Numbered from the stretch's first letter, positions 26,755 to 35,492 are shown. The stretch: DNA of 64,000 bases from Ruminococcus sp. (GCA_020860605.1 JAJBTZ010000011.1:2230-66229), one strand, 5' to 3'. Notes: generated by a model not told the origin, from the sequence alone. Program-made: numbers and translations.

Positions 26755-28065
26755 TCATTCTGTTATATATAAATTATCTGAAATTTCATCGGGAGTTAAG
26801 AGCAGTGGCTCGTCATCATCGGCGAGCTTTTTATAGAGATACGAAATGCTGCCCGACTCTGTCACAAGAGTATAGCCATCATCGAGATAAGTCTGGGCGT
26901 TGCGGGAGCTCACTGAAATTATGCTCAGAAGCTTCGTCATATCCGAAAGGCTGTCGGCGGTTCTGTCATACTCAACGAAGGTTATTTCGCCAGTGTCGCT
27001 GTCGCGGATGACGGAGACGAAGTTAGTCCATCTGCTTGGGAGCTTAAAGATGTAGCTGTCCGAGAGGCTATAGTAGGCGCTCGACTCGGTTGTGAAGGCG
27101 TTTTCATCCTGGCTGTAGCTCAGCCAGTTCACCATATATTCGGCACCGCTTCCGGCTGAGTAGCCCGAAAACAGCCCGAGAGTCGGAATCTCAACGATTC
27201 CGTCGTTATCATAATCCATCGAAAGGTACCCGCCAGTTCTCTCGGTCACCCAGAGAAGTTCGCTGTCGACCGACGAAAGGCATGTGAGGGTGTCGCCTTC
27301 GAGATATACTACCTCCGTGAGGAGATAACCGTCCTCGTCGGTGACGTCTATAAACAGGGCACCCGTCTCGCCATAGAGGAGCCCAGAGGTGTAATTCGAG
27401 ATTGCTGAGACGCTTGACGTGAGAGTTCTCTCGGAGGTCACGTAGCTGAGGCCATCGCTCGACTTGATGACGCCTACTGAGACGACGGTGCCGGACTTCT
27501 TGAACAGGACAATTTCGTCGGTTCCGCACAGGTCGATATCGGCGCTGATCATCGTTGTGTACCAGCCGTCATAAGTTGAGCGTAAGATCCCGTTTTCGTA
27601 TCTGTAGATGCTGACTGTTGATTCGTCGTGGACGGAGGTTCCGTAGCCGATTACGATGTCGGTGACATCGCCATAGTCGGTGACTATGACCGTATCGACT
27701 GATGAGCCACCGCCTGCGACTTCATACATCGCGTGCCAGTCACCACTTTCGTCCTTATCAAAGACTGCGACCCGAACATTTTCGCCGGTACCAGAAGCAG
27801 TTGCGCTCGAAGATGTGTAGAAGACGAGGGCTTCGTCGTTGTCGTCGCCATCCAGGTCTGCGATGACGAATGCTGAGCGATATTCGCCCGACTGGGGGTA
27901 TGCTAAAGTCACAGAGTGGCCGACATTGTCATAAAGCGCCTGCTTGAGGGCAGCCTGGTCATCGGAAATACTAGGAGCGCTGAGAAGCTCGTCCACCGAA
28001 AAGGTGAACGCCTCGCAGCCGGTAAGCATGAGGCAGCTGAGCACGATCAAAATTATTCTTTTCAC
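26755..28065 (-). CDS. lipoprotein with FG-GAP/DxDxDG-like repeats
   Basis: GTG 28065 follows GGGAGGCGG and gives VKRIILIVLSCLMLTGC (lipobox). Repeated Asp-rich loops (DLDGDDNDE, DIDLCGTDE, DYDNDGIVE). The tracked ORF's N-terminal extension lacks coding character. Confidence 0.55.
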   Translation of the reverse strand: MKRIILIVLSCLMLTGCEAFTFSVDELLSAPSISDDQAALKQALYDNVGHSVTLAYPQSGEYRSAFVIADLDGDDNDEALVFYTSSSATASGTGENVRVAVFDKDESGDWHAMYEVAGGGSSVDTVIVTDYGDVTDIVIGYGTSVHDESTVSIYRYENGILRSTYDGWYTTMISADIDLCGTDEIVLFKKSGTVVSVGVIKSSDGLSYVTSERTLTSSVSAISNYTSGLLYGETGALFIDVTDEDGYLLTEVVYLEGDTLTCLSSVDSELLWVTERTGGYLSMDYDNDGIVEIPTLGLFSGYSAGSGAEYMVNWLSYSQDENAFTTESSAYYSLSDSYIFKLPSRWTNFVSVIRDSDTGEITFVEYDRTADSLSDMTKLLSIISVSSRNAQTYLDDGYTLVTESGSISYLYKKLADDDEPLLLTPDEISDNLYITE

Positions 28066-28188
28066 CTGACCGCCTCCCAGAAAAACACTAAGCCCACCTA
28101 GCCACGTTCTATTATACTCCAAAAGAATGAAGGTTGCAAGTAGTAAATTGGGGGGCAGAGGAGGATTTTTGAGGGGAAAGTTTTTCAG

Positions 28189-28262
28189 GCATAAAAATAG
28201 CCCAGCAAACCATCTCCATCTGTGAGATATCTCACAGTTCTGATGCATTTACTGGACTATTG
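28189..28262 (-). terminator. ~75-nt nested-hairpin terminator-like element, copy E2 (after the Rpn gene)
   Basis: Inner perfect palindrome CTGTGAGATATCTCACAG (28220-28237). Outer arms are degenerate. By eye about three-quarters identical to the copy at 62487-62560. Confidence 0.55.
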
Positions 28263-28282
28263 CATCTTTACGTTACAAGCGA

Positions 28283-29116
28283 TTAGGCCACGGAAAGGCC
28301 AAGCCACTTCCTGACGAGCTCGACACTGACATTGGCGTACTTTGCGATTAAATCTACGGTTACGCCATCTTCGTGCATACTCATCGCCATGGCTTTAGTG
28401 GTTTCAAGCTGTCCTTGCTCTTTGCCCTGCTCATAGAGTTCTTCTGCTACCTTGCACACTTCGTCGTGGCCTCCTTTCTCACATTTCAAAAAGTGAACGC
28501 GTTCCGACAACGGTCCCTGACTCATATCATAGGGATCTGCCGTGTAAAAATACTTCAATAATTTCGCTTTGTCACTGCCGTCATCGACAGCAGCGTTCGC
28601 GAAAATCACGTGGTTTCCGTCATCATACGGAATTCCTGACTCTCCGAGAGTCTTTTTGACGGGATAGACAGCTGCTCCGACATTCAAAAGATCCTTCTCG
28701 CTGATGTAGATTATATAAACATCCGGCAGCTCATCGTAAAATGCTCCCTTATCGAGGACACTCTTGTCTATCATCGAACCATAATATCTGATTCTTCTTG
28801 CATGGTCGACGGTATCGCGACGCTGAATTTCGATATTTATCAGCCGTCCTGTACTATCTTGTGCAAATGCGTCCAAAATAGTGTCCTTAGACGTGGCATT
28901 CAGCAATCGATATTGGCTTTTGACACTCATAATTTCTATATCGTCTCTGTCAAGAAGAGTCCGAACTACGTGCTGGCAGGCGCCGATATCCTCAAGCACC
29001 ACCGACGCAAATGTATCGCTGAACAGGTTTTCCTGCTTTAATTTTTCTGCGCCCTGCTCAATTATTTCCGAATAACTCTTTTCAGAATCGCCCAATGTTA
29101 TCGCCCCTATTTCCAC
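28283..29116 (-). CDS. Rpn-family recombination-promoting nuclease / PD-(D/E)XK putative transposase
   Basis: 277 aa with the family-typical core (DAFAQDSTGRLINIEIQRR) and a C-terminal helical tail. Confidence 0.65.
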   Translation of the reverse strand: MEIGAITLGDSEKSYSEIIEQGAEKLKQENLFSDTFASVVLEDIGACQHVVRTLLDRDDIEIMSVKSQYRLLNATSKDTILDAFAQDSTGRLINIEIQRRDTVDHARRIRYYGSMIDKSVLDKGAFYDELPDVYIIYISEKDLLNVGAAVYPVKKTLGESGIPYDDGNHVIFANAAVDDGSDKAKLLKYFYTADPYDMSQGPLSERVHFLKCEKGGHDEVCKVAEELYEQGKEQGQLETTKAMAMSMHEDGVTVDLIAKYANVSVELVRKWLGLSVA

Positions 29117-29242
29117 TCTGTGATTATATTATACCACAGAGTTTGCGATAAATCAAGACCATTTCACGAAGATGTTATAACGTAGGACTTCGTTACTCAG
29201 CGTCGGTGGAACCGATTTCTATATCAGTTTTAATTCTATGAT

Positions 29243-29455
29243 TTATTTTAGTATTCTCGACTTTTCCTGGCAGAACAGTCCGAAAATGAATAGCGCCGAC
29301 TGGCCATACAGGCCAATCTCGGTATCAGAAAGCGACTCTGCTGTTTTGGAAGTATAAAACTCATCCATCGCCTCTTCCTCCGAAATATGGTATTTCTCCG
29401 CAATCAATCGAACGATTTCTGGGATTAGGGTCGCTTTTATCAGGGCATGTGCCAT
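29243..29455 (-). CDS. DUF3791 domain protein
   Basis: 70 aa. Resembles the other DUF3791-like ORF at 29946-30149 and starts 3 nt after the DUF3990 stop. Confidence 0.6.
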   Translation of the reverse strand: MAHALIKATLIPEIVRLIAEKYHISEEEAMDEFYTSKTAESLSDTEIGLYGQSALFIFGLFCQEKSRILK

Positions 29456-29458
29456 AGC

Positions 29459-29952
29459 CTAAACCTCCACAATGTAGCTTTCTACAAACGTCAGTTCGCG
29501 AAGAGCTGCTTCCGTACAAAACGCAATCTGGTTATTGATCTTTTCGAATTTCAGTCGTTCGACAGCATCCTCTTTACGCATGATGCCCTGGACGACATAG
29601 GACACGGTCTCACCCACATTGTCATTTGCAATCTTTCCGATTACAATATCGTACACATGGTGATAGCTCGCATCACTTCTGCACTGCACCACCATATCCA
29701 GCCAGTCAAGCGAAGCTTCGCTGAATACCTTTTCCTTCAAGGTATGGCTCTCATTCCACTCTACACATTGATGACAGCCTGTTCCTCTTTGCCACTGGAA
29801 CGTGACAAAATCCTTGCGCGACGGATTGCCCACCGTTCTGCCTGCTCTTTTATATCGGTGGTATAGAAAGCGGAGCCGAAATCTCTTCCGATTTCACTCG
29901 TGATAATCCTCGGATTCTGTATTTCCAGTGTCGTTCCATGATAGACTAGCAT
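29459..29952 (-). pseudogene. DUF3990 domain protein, frameshifted
   Basis: The N-terminal 63-aa ORF (MLVYHGTTLEI..DFGSAFYTT..QAERWA) and the C-terminal 124-aa ORF (EWNESH..WLDMVV..YDIVIGKIANDNV) are consecutive parts of one DUF3990-like protein in different frames. The switch lies near 29760-29770 (..AVINV* / VEWNESH). Confidence 0.7.
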
Positions 29953-30149
29953 TCGTGACCGCCTCCCAAATACTGATCGATAATCTGCATCATGTACTCC
30001 ATGCTCATGCCATGGAGGTCGTCATAGTCATCACGAAACAGATCGAGAACCTTCTCCTTTTTAAACAGCTCGTACACCTTTTCGCTCGGCTGGTTCGTGT
30101 GCTCAGCGTAATACTCCACGCAAAACGCCACAAACGACAATTTGCTCAT
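29946..30149 (-). CDS. DUF3791 domain protein
   Basis: 67 aa (FVAFCVEYYAEHTNQPSEKVYELF). Its stop overlaps the DUF3990 ATG (ATGCTAG). Confidence 0.6.
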   Translation of the reverse strand: MSKLSFVAFCVEYYAEHTNQPSEKVYELFKKEKVLDLFRDDYDDLHGMSMEYMMQIIDQYLGGGHEC

Positions 30150-30221
30150 CCGATCACCTCCATTGAGAACTGCTTTGAATATAGCTTAACATATTTTTCG
30201 GAGATAATCAAGTGTCATTTC

Positions 30222-32099
30222 CTAGATTTCGCATCCAATCTCATACTCCCCCTTTTTCAAATCAACCGTGACTGTTGTGCCGTCTGAAAAGGTTGTCTTC
30301 TGGCGGGTGTAGTCGGGGCTGAGGAACTCGTGGCGGAGCATTTCCTGTTTGGCGAGCTTTTCGTGGAGAGTGGTCACCACTTGACAGCGGGAGATTTCTT
30401 CCTCGAGACGCTTTTCGGCTTCGCTGTCGAAGGCGCCGTCGGTATTGGGGTAGGCGCCATCGCGATCGAGATAGGGGACGCCGGCGTTCAGGAGGGCGTA
30501 GAGCATGTAGTCCTCCCCGTCGGTCTTGTCCATGAACCATGGGAGGATCATGCAGTCGTGATATACTAAATTGAATAGCGGGACTGGCACGCCTCTACGG
30601 GGGCTTCCAGGGCTCTGAAGCATGAAATCGTATGGGCCATAGTGGCAGAAAACGAGGCTTTGCATCGCCCAGTCGCCACATTCCTCGCTGCTGGGGAGGA
30701 TTCCCTTCAACCAGAGATAGTTGAAGCAAGCGCTGCGGTAGCCAAGGCACTCGCGGCGGGTCATTCGGTGCCTCGGATGGGCACACTCGTCAGGCTCGTT
30801 GCAGGTGAAGACGTCGAGGTAGGACGCCTGCAGGCGGATTCCGTGCCGGAGAACCTCCTCGAAATTCCGCTTGACGTAGTAGGGTGCCTGAGTGGCGCAG
30901 AGGTAGTTCTGCCGGCCTCCTGCCCAGACTGACATCTCGAAAACGGAGCCGTCGGGAGCGTGGAGAGCGAACTCTTTATCATAGGTTTCGGCATCCAGAT
31001 AATAGTCGCGGTACTGGTCGTGGAGTCCAAAAAGATACCCGCAATCGGCGATAGTGTCCGAGAGCTCCTTGAAGCCTTCCCAGCCACCGGCTTCGGGGCA
31101 GGCAGGGAGATAGTCGGGGTGCTGGTTGTCGTAGCCCGGCGCTCCCCAGCCGTCGAGGTGGAGATAGAGCTTCGGAACGCCCTTGTCGTGGTATCTCCTG
31201 ATTTCGGTGGTTCTGGCATGAAATGGAACTACAAGATCGTTATTTTCAGGATTATCGTGGTCAAAATATCTCGAATCTGGCGAAACGTGCTTCTTGATGC
31301 CCTTGTGGACGATGGCGGAGCCGATGAGCTGGTCGACGAGAGGGTTGCGGGCAGCCTTCTCCCGAAGAGTCGTCAGAAGGCCAGTCTCAATCGCGTATTT
31401 GCGATAGACTTTGCAAAGGTCGTTATAGTCGCAATTGTCCAAAAATTCGTACTTTAATGTTCTGCGATAGGAAAACTCACCGAGGCTCGGAAGGAAGTAG
31501 GCGCCGACGTGTGTGTATGGCCCGCCTGCCGGATGGTCGATGTAATAGCCGGCGTCCCAAGGTGTCTCGCAGATGGCGATGTAGCCGTGGCGGTCCTCAA
31601 TCTGGCCGAACCAGGGCATGTAGGCGCCTGAGGAGCAGAACTGGCCGTCGAACGGCAGCGAGGCGACCTCGTTTTCCCAAGTGTTTGGGATCAGGAGGCC
31701 CTGAAGCACCGGCATGACAGTGTAGGCGTTTGAATTCTCGAGCGGAAAGTGCCCGGGATATATAATTTTTTTAAACTCGAGCGAGCCTTTGCCCGGGATC
31801 AGCTCGAAGCGGAGCGACTGAGTTGCGGTCTCGATCCACGCGAGGGTTTCGAAAGAGAATCCTCGCTCGGTCCACTCGTAGCGGGAGAGGATTCCCTCCC
31901 CGACGCCACTTTTCCAGCGCTCGTGGCGGATGACGTCGGCTGTCGTGAACGGCAGGGCGCTGCCGTCGGACAGGATGAAATGCGGGCAAAATTCCTCAGG
32001 CTGGCGCCAGATGTTGCTGCCAGTTTCAACTTTATATAGAAGATTATTGCAGTCGAGGGTGAGATTTAAGCGCTCTGAGGTGATGGTGAATGTGGACAT
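30222..32099 (-). CDS. putative glycoside hydrolase, family unassigned, no signal peptide
   Basis: 625-aa ORF with strong coding character. The central LHLDGWGAPGYDNQHPDYLP segment resembles (beta/alpha)8 glycosidase-like proteins of the GH31/GH129/DUF5696 type. Assignment is by resemblance only. Confidence 0.4.
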   Translation of the reverse strand: MSTFTITSERLNLTLDCNNLLYKVETGSNIWRQPEEFCPHFILSDGSALPFTTADVIRHERWKSGVGEGILSRYEWTERGFSFETLAWIETATQSLRFELIPGKGSLEFKKIIYPGHFPLENSNAYTVMPVLQGLLIPNTWENEVASLPFDGQFCSSGAYMPWFGQIEDRHGYIAICETPWDAGYYIDHPAGGPYTHVGAYFLPSLGEFSYRRTLKYEFLDNCDYNDLCKVYRKYAIETGLLTTLREKAARNPLVDQLIGSAIVHKGIKKHVSPDSRYFDHDNPENNDLVVPFHARTTEIRRYHDKGVPKLYLHLDGWGAPGYDNQHPDYLPACPEAGGWEGFKELSDTIADCGYLFGLHDQYRDYYLDAETYDKEFALHAPDGSVFEMSVWAGGRQNYLCATQAPYYVKRNFEEVLRHGIRLQASYLDVFTCNEPDECAHPRHRMTRRECLGYRSACFNYLWLKGILPSSEECGDWAMQSLVFCHYGPYDFMLQSPGSPRRGVPVPLFNLVYHDCMILPWFMDKTDGEDYMLYALLNAGVPYLDRDGAYPNTDGAFDSEAEKRLEEEISRCQVVTTLHEKLAKQEMLRHEFLSPDYTRQKTTFSDGTTVTVDLKKGEYEIGCEI

Positions 32100-32220
32100 G
32101 GCTTGGCCTCCTTTGGGGTTTGGGTTTATTATAGCATATTGGGGCGGGAAATGCTATATGTGGGGTGAAAAAAGTGGATTCAGCGCCCAGATATTTCCAG
32201 AAACTTCTTTGAAAACACCC

Positions 32221-32249
32221 TTGACATGAACCTCTATTCGTGTTACAAT
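32221..32249 (+). promoter_or_regulatory. sigma-A-type promoter for the small ORF / Y-family polymerase / YolD operon
   Basis: TTGACA (32221-32226), a 17-nt spacer containing TG at -15/-14, then TACAAT (32244-32249). Confidence 0.65.
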
Positions 32250-32263
32250 AGAAACGAAAGTTC
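32228..32263 (+). promoter_or_regulatory. two near-consensus LexA (Cheo-type GAAC-N4-GTTC) boxes overlapping the promoter
   Basis: GAACctctATTC (32228-32239, within the spacer) and AAACgaaaGTTC (32252-32263, just after the -10 box). Each has one arm mismatch. Confidence 0.45.
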
Positions 32264-32297
32264 GAAACTGGTGTTTGATGACATGGAGGTGACCGGC

Positions 32298-32591
32298 ATG
32301 AATGCGACTGCGAGGGCATTGCATCCTAAATATGAGAAAATTTACGTGTCGGTCACTTCGGAGATTGACACAACGGGGTTCATGCACCCGAAGGCGGTCG
32401 AGTGGACGAACGGGCGGATGTACAAAATTGACGAGGTTCGGGATTTTAGGCCGGCTGATACCGTCGGCTTCGGCTTCCCTGGCGACTGCTACACAGTGGT
32501 AATCAAAGGAGAAGAAAAACGATTATTCTTCGAGCACGCACCGTTTCCGCCACGGTTGGGAAGATGGTTCGTTGAGGTTGTGGCGAGCTGA
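32298..32591 (+). CDS. small conserved hypothetical protein, first gene of the Y-family polymerase operon
   Basis: ATG 32298 sits 8 nt after GGAGG (32285-32289). The tracked start at 32226 lies inside the predicted -35 box. 97 aa ending ..LFFEHAPFPPRLGRWFVEVV. Confidence 0.55.
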   Translation: MNATARALHPKYEKIYVSVTSEIDTTGFMHPKAVEWTNGRMYKIDEVRDFRPADTVGFGFPGDCYTVVIKGEEKRLFFEHAPFPPRLGRWFVEVVAS

Positions 32592-32612
32592 TTTTAAGAA
32601 AGGAGAGACGGC

Positions 32613-34076
32613 ATGGATAAGAAAAGAACATATTTTGCTATTGATTTAAAGTCGTTTTATGCAAGCTGTGAATGCGCTGACAGGCACCTTGACCCGCTCA
32701 CGACAAATCTCGTTGTTGCGGATCAGAGTCGGACTGAGAAAACCATCTGCCTGGCGGTCTCCCCTTCTCTCAAGGCTTACGGGATTCCAGGCAGAGCGAG
32801 GCTTTTTGAGGTCGTCGAGAAGGTGAAAGAGGTTAACGCCGAACGCCTTCGGAACGCTCCTGGGCGAAGGTTTACATCCGAATGTTTTGACTCAAAAGGG
32901 CTGGCGGAGGATCCTAATTTAAAATTATCATATATTGTTGCCCCGCCACGAATGGCGAGGTATATCGAAACTTCGGCGCAGATTTACTCAATCTATTTGA
33001 AATATATTGCTCCTGAGGATATTTTCTCCTACTCAATCGACGAGGTTTTCATCGACGCGACCGGCTATCTGCACACCTACGGCATGACCGCCCACGAGCT
33101 CTGCATGACGCTGGTTCGGGAGGTTCTATACGCTACTGGGATCACCGCCACTGCTGGCATCGGGACAAATATGTATCTTGCAAAGATTGCGATGGATATT
33201 GTGGCGAAACACGTTCCTGCCGACAAGGACGGTGTCAGAATTGCGGAGCTCGATGAGCACTCCTACAGGGAAAAGCTCTGGAACCACACGCCCCTCACCG
33301 ACTTCTGGCGGATTGGCAAAGGAACCGCCCGAAGGCTCGAAAAACGGCGGATTTACACGATGGGACAGCTTGCGAGGATGTCGACTTACGACCAGGAGTG
33401 GTTCTACAAGACGTTCGGAATCGACGCTGAGATCCTCATCGACCACGCCTGGGGCGTTGAGCCGACTACGATGGAGATGGTGAAATCTTACAAGGCTGAG
33501 ACGAACAGTCTCTCCGAAGGGCAGGTTCTCTCGGAACCATATCCCTATGATAAGGCGAGAATTATTGTCCAGGAGATGACCGACAGCCTGATGTTGCAGC
33601 TGACGACGAAGGGGCTGGTGTCCGACTCGTTCACGCTCGACATCAGCTACGACAGGGAGAATTGCGACAGAGGAAAATATTTTGGCGACACAAAGACCGA
33701 CCACTACGGGCGGCTCGTCCCGAAGCCTGCTCATGGGAGCACGAGGCTGGACAGTCCCACAAATCTCGGAAGCCAGCTTCAGAAGGCGATTGTGGGGCTG
33801 TTTGACAGGATTGTTGACCGAAATCTCACCGTCAGGCGGATTACTGTTACCGCGAATCGGGTCATCCCGGACCCGGGCATCATGCAGGTCGACATGTTCA
33901 CCGACACGGAGAGTCTCGAAAAAGAAAAAAGCCTGCAGGACGCCGTAGTCGGCATCAAGCAGAGGTTCGGGAAAAATGCGGTTCTCAAGGGGACGAATTT
34001 CCTCGAGGGTGCCACGATGAGGGAGCGAAACGGGCAGATTGGCGGGCACAAGGCTGGCGAGGAGGGAGAACTGTGA
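32613..34076 (+). CDS. Y-family (UmuC/DinB/UvrX-like) translesion DNA polymerase
   Basis: 487 aa. N-terminus YFAIDLKSFYASCEC and the catalytic SIDEVFID motif. Confidence 0.85.
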   Translation: MDKKRTYFAIDLKSFYASCECADRHLDPLTTNLVVADQSRTEKTICLAVSPSLKAYGIPGRARLFEVVEKVKEVNAERLRNAPGRRFTSECFDSKGLAEDPNLKLSYIVAPPRMARYIETSAQIYSIYLKYIAPEDIFSYSIDEVFIDATGYLHTYGMTAHELCMTLVREVLYATGITATAGIGTNMYLAKIAMDIVAKHVPADKDGVRIAELDEHSYREKLWNHTPLTDFWRIGKGTARRLEKRRIYTMGQLARMSTYDQEWFYKTFGIDAEILIDHAWGVEPTTMEMVKSYKAETNSLSEGQVLSEPYPYDKARIIVQEMTDSLMLQLTTKGLVSDSFTLDISYDRENCDRGKYFGDTKTDHYGRLVPKPAHGSTRLDSPTNLGSQLQKAIVGLFDRIVDRNLTVRRITVTANRVIPDPGIMQVDMFTDTESLEKEKSLQDAVVGIKQRFGKNAVLKGTNFLEGATMRERNGQIGGHKAGEEGEL

Positions 34077-34510
34077 GCCTGAACGAAAAATTTGACGATA
34101 TAATCGACATGGAGCGCCCCTGGCCGGAGGAGGTTCTTAAGAAGCATCCGAAGATGCCTCCGCAGGACAGAGCTAAGATTTTCGCGCCTTTTGCGGCTCT
34201 CCGTGGCCATTCCGAACGGATTGGGGAGGAAGATGTCAAGCTGATGTGGAGCGAACGGGTTGAGCTGTCGGAGGATGGTGCGAAGGCGCTTTCTGACAAG
34301 GTTCTGAGGGTCAGGAAGGGCATGGAGGTGGACGTGGTTTTCTTCACGCCGGACGCCGAAAACGACGACATCGGCTACAACGTGACCACTGCAGGCAGGG
34401 TGACGGGTATCGATGAGGTCTATAGAACCATGAGAATCAGCGAGGACGGCGTGACGGATTTTGTGATTAGCTTTGACAATTTGATTGATATAAAAGAAAG
34501 AGATTTATAA
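34073..34510 (+). CDS. YolD-like protein
   Basis: 145 aa. IFAPFAALRGH motif, and a 4-nt overlap with the polymerase gene, as in uvrX-yolD pairs. Confidence 0.7.
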   Translation: MSLNEKFDDIIDMERPWPEEVLKKHPKMPPQDRAKIFAPFAALRGHSERIGEEDVKLMWSERVELSEDGAKALSDKVLRVRKGMEVDVVFFTPDAENDDIGYNVTTAGRVTGIDEVYRTMRISEDGVTDFVISFDNLIDIKERDL

Positions 34511-34511
34511 T

Positions 34512-35486
34512 ATGACTATAATCGTAACTGGTGGAGCTGGATTTATTGGCTCGAACTTTATTTTTCATATGCTGGGAACTCACCCTGATTACCGCACAAT
34601 CTGCCTCGACAAGCTGACCTATGCCGGCAATCTCTCGACGCTGGCACCCGTCATGGGCAATCCGAATTTCAGGTTTGTGCACGCTGACATCTGCGATCGC
34701 GAAGCTGTTTACAAGCTTTTTGAAGAAGAAAAGCCTGATATTGTCGTCAACTTTGCCGCCGAGAGCCATGTTGACCGCTCGATTGAGGAGCCTGAAATCT
34801 TCCTTCAGACGAATATTATCGGCACGAGTGTCCTCATGGATGCTTGCCGGAAGTATGGCATAACACGTTTTCATCAGGTTTCGACTGATGAGGTTTACGG
34901 CGACCTGCCTTTGGACAGGCCAGACCTCTTCTTCACCGAAGAAAGCCCGATTCGTCCGAGCAGTCCTTATAGCAGTTCCAAAGCGAGTGCTGACCTGCTG
35001 GTCTTGGCTTACCACAGGACCTATGGCTTGCCAGTGACGATCAGCCGGTGCTCCAATAACTATGGACCGTATCAGTTCCCCGAGAAGCTGATTCCGTTCA
35101 TGATTATGAACGCCTTGAACAACAAGCCCTTGCCTGTCTTTGGCGAAGGGCTTAATGTCAGGGACTGGCTCTATGTCGAAGACCACTGTCGGGCGATCGA
35201 CCTCATTATACATAATGGGAGAATTGGTGAGATTTACAACATCGGCGGGCACAACGAGATGAGGAATATTGACGTTGTGAAGATGATTTGCCGGGAGCTC
35301 GGGAAGCCGGAGAGGCTTATTACCCATGTTCCCGACAGGAAGGGGCATGATTTGAGGTATGCCATTGATGCGACGAAGATTCGGAAAGAGCTGGGATGGG
35401 TGCCGGAGATGAAGTTTGAGGATGGGATTAAGGAGACGGTGAGGTGGTATCTTGAGAATTGGGGGTGGTGGGAGAGCAGCAGATAG
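34512..35486 (+). CDS. rfbB: dTDP-glucose 4,6-dehydratase paralog, 3'-truncated and orphan
   Basis: 324 aa. TGGAGFIGSNF and YSSSKASAD motifs. By eye roughly 85-90 percent aa identity to the 339-aa copy at 59239-60258, but it ends at ..WWESSR where the other copy continues ..WWETIISGEHQNYYEKMYGNR. Confidence 0.85.
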   Translation: MTIIVTGGAGFIGSNFIFHMLGTHPDYRTICLDKLTYAGNLSTLAPVMGNPNFRFVHADICDREAVYKLFEEEKPDIVVNFAAESHVDRSIEEPEIFLQTNIIGTSVLMDACRKYGITRFHQVSTDEVYGDLPLDRPDLFFTEESPIRPSSPYSSSKASADLLVLAYHRTYGLPVTISRCSNNYGPYQFPEKLIPFMIMNALNNKPLPVFGEGLNVRDWLYVEDHCRAIDLIIHNGRIGEIYNIGGHNEMRNIDVVKMICRELGKPERLITHVPDRKGHDLRYAIDATKIRKELGWVPEMKFEDGIKETVRWYLENWGWWESSR

Positions 35487-35492
35487 TCATTG

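Noticed and set aside
28150-28155. G6 run in the intergenic region upstream of the lipoprotein/two-component operon
   Set aside because: It lies in DNA of ordinary GC content and outside any ORF, about 85 nt upstream of the start codon. Nothing else supports a switch, so chance occurrence is plausible here, unlike in the AT-rich glycan locus.
26755-28248. Full 497-aa version of the lipoprotein ORF starting at 28248
   Set aside because: The first 61 codons have no RBS and are odd in composition. A GTG with a strong GGGAGG RBS at 28065 gives a textbook lipoprotein signal peptide.
28283-29116. The Rpn-family gene as evidence of an IS element or prophage
   Set aside because: I saw no terminal inverted repeats, target duplications, integrase or phage genes around it. 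Rpn/YhgA-like genes commonly occur as solitary chromosomal genes.
30262-32029. Numerous 60-165-aa ORFs on both strands inside the 625-aa glycosidase-like gene
   Set aside because: They are Arg/Pro/Ala-rich shadow frames of a GC-richer gene, and none has an RBS or motif.
33126-34049. 307-aa minus-strand ORF inside the Y-family polymerase gene
   Set aside because: It is antisense to a gene with clear family motifs. It has a Pro/Arg/Val-rich composition and no recognisable domain.
34467-35348. 293-aa minus-strand ORF antisense to the orphan rfbB (with the analogous plus-strand ORF at 59275-59727)
   Set aside because: Both are mirror-frame shadows of a highly conserved rfbB coding sequence. They are similar to each other only because the rfbB copies are.
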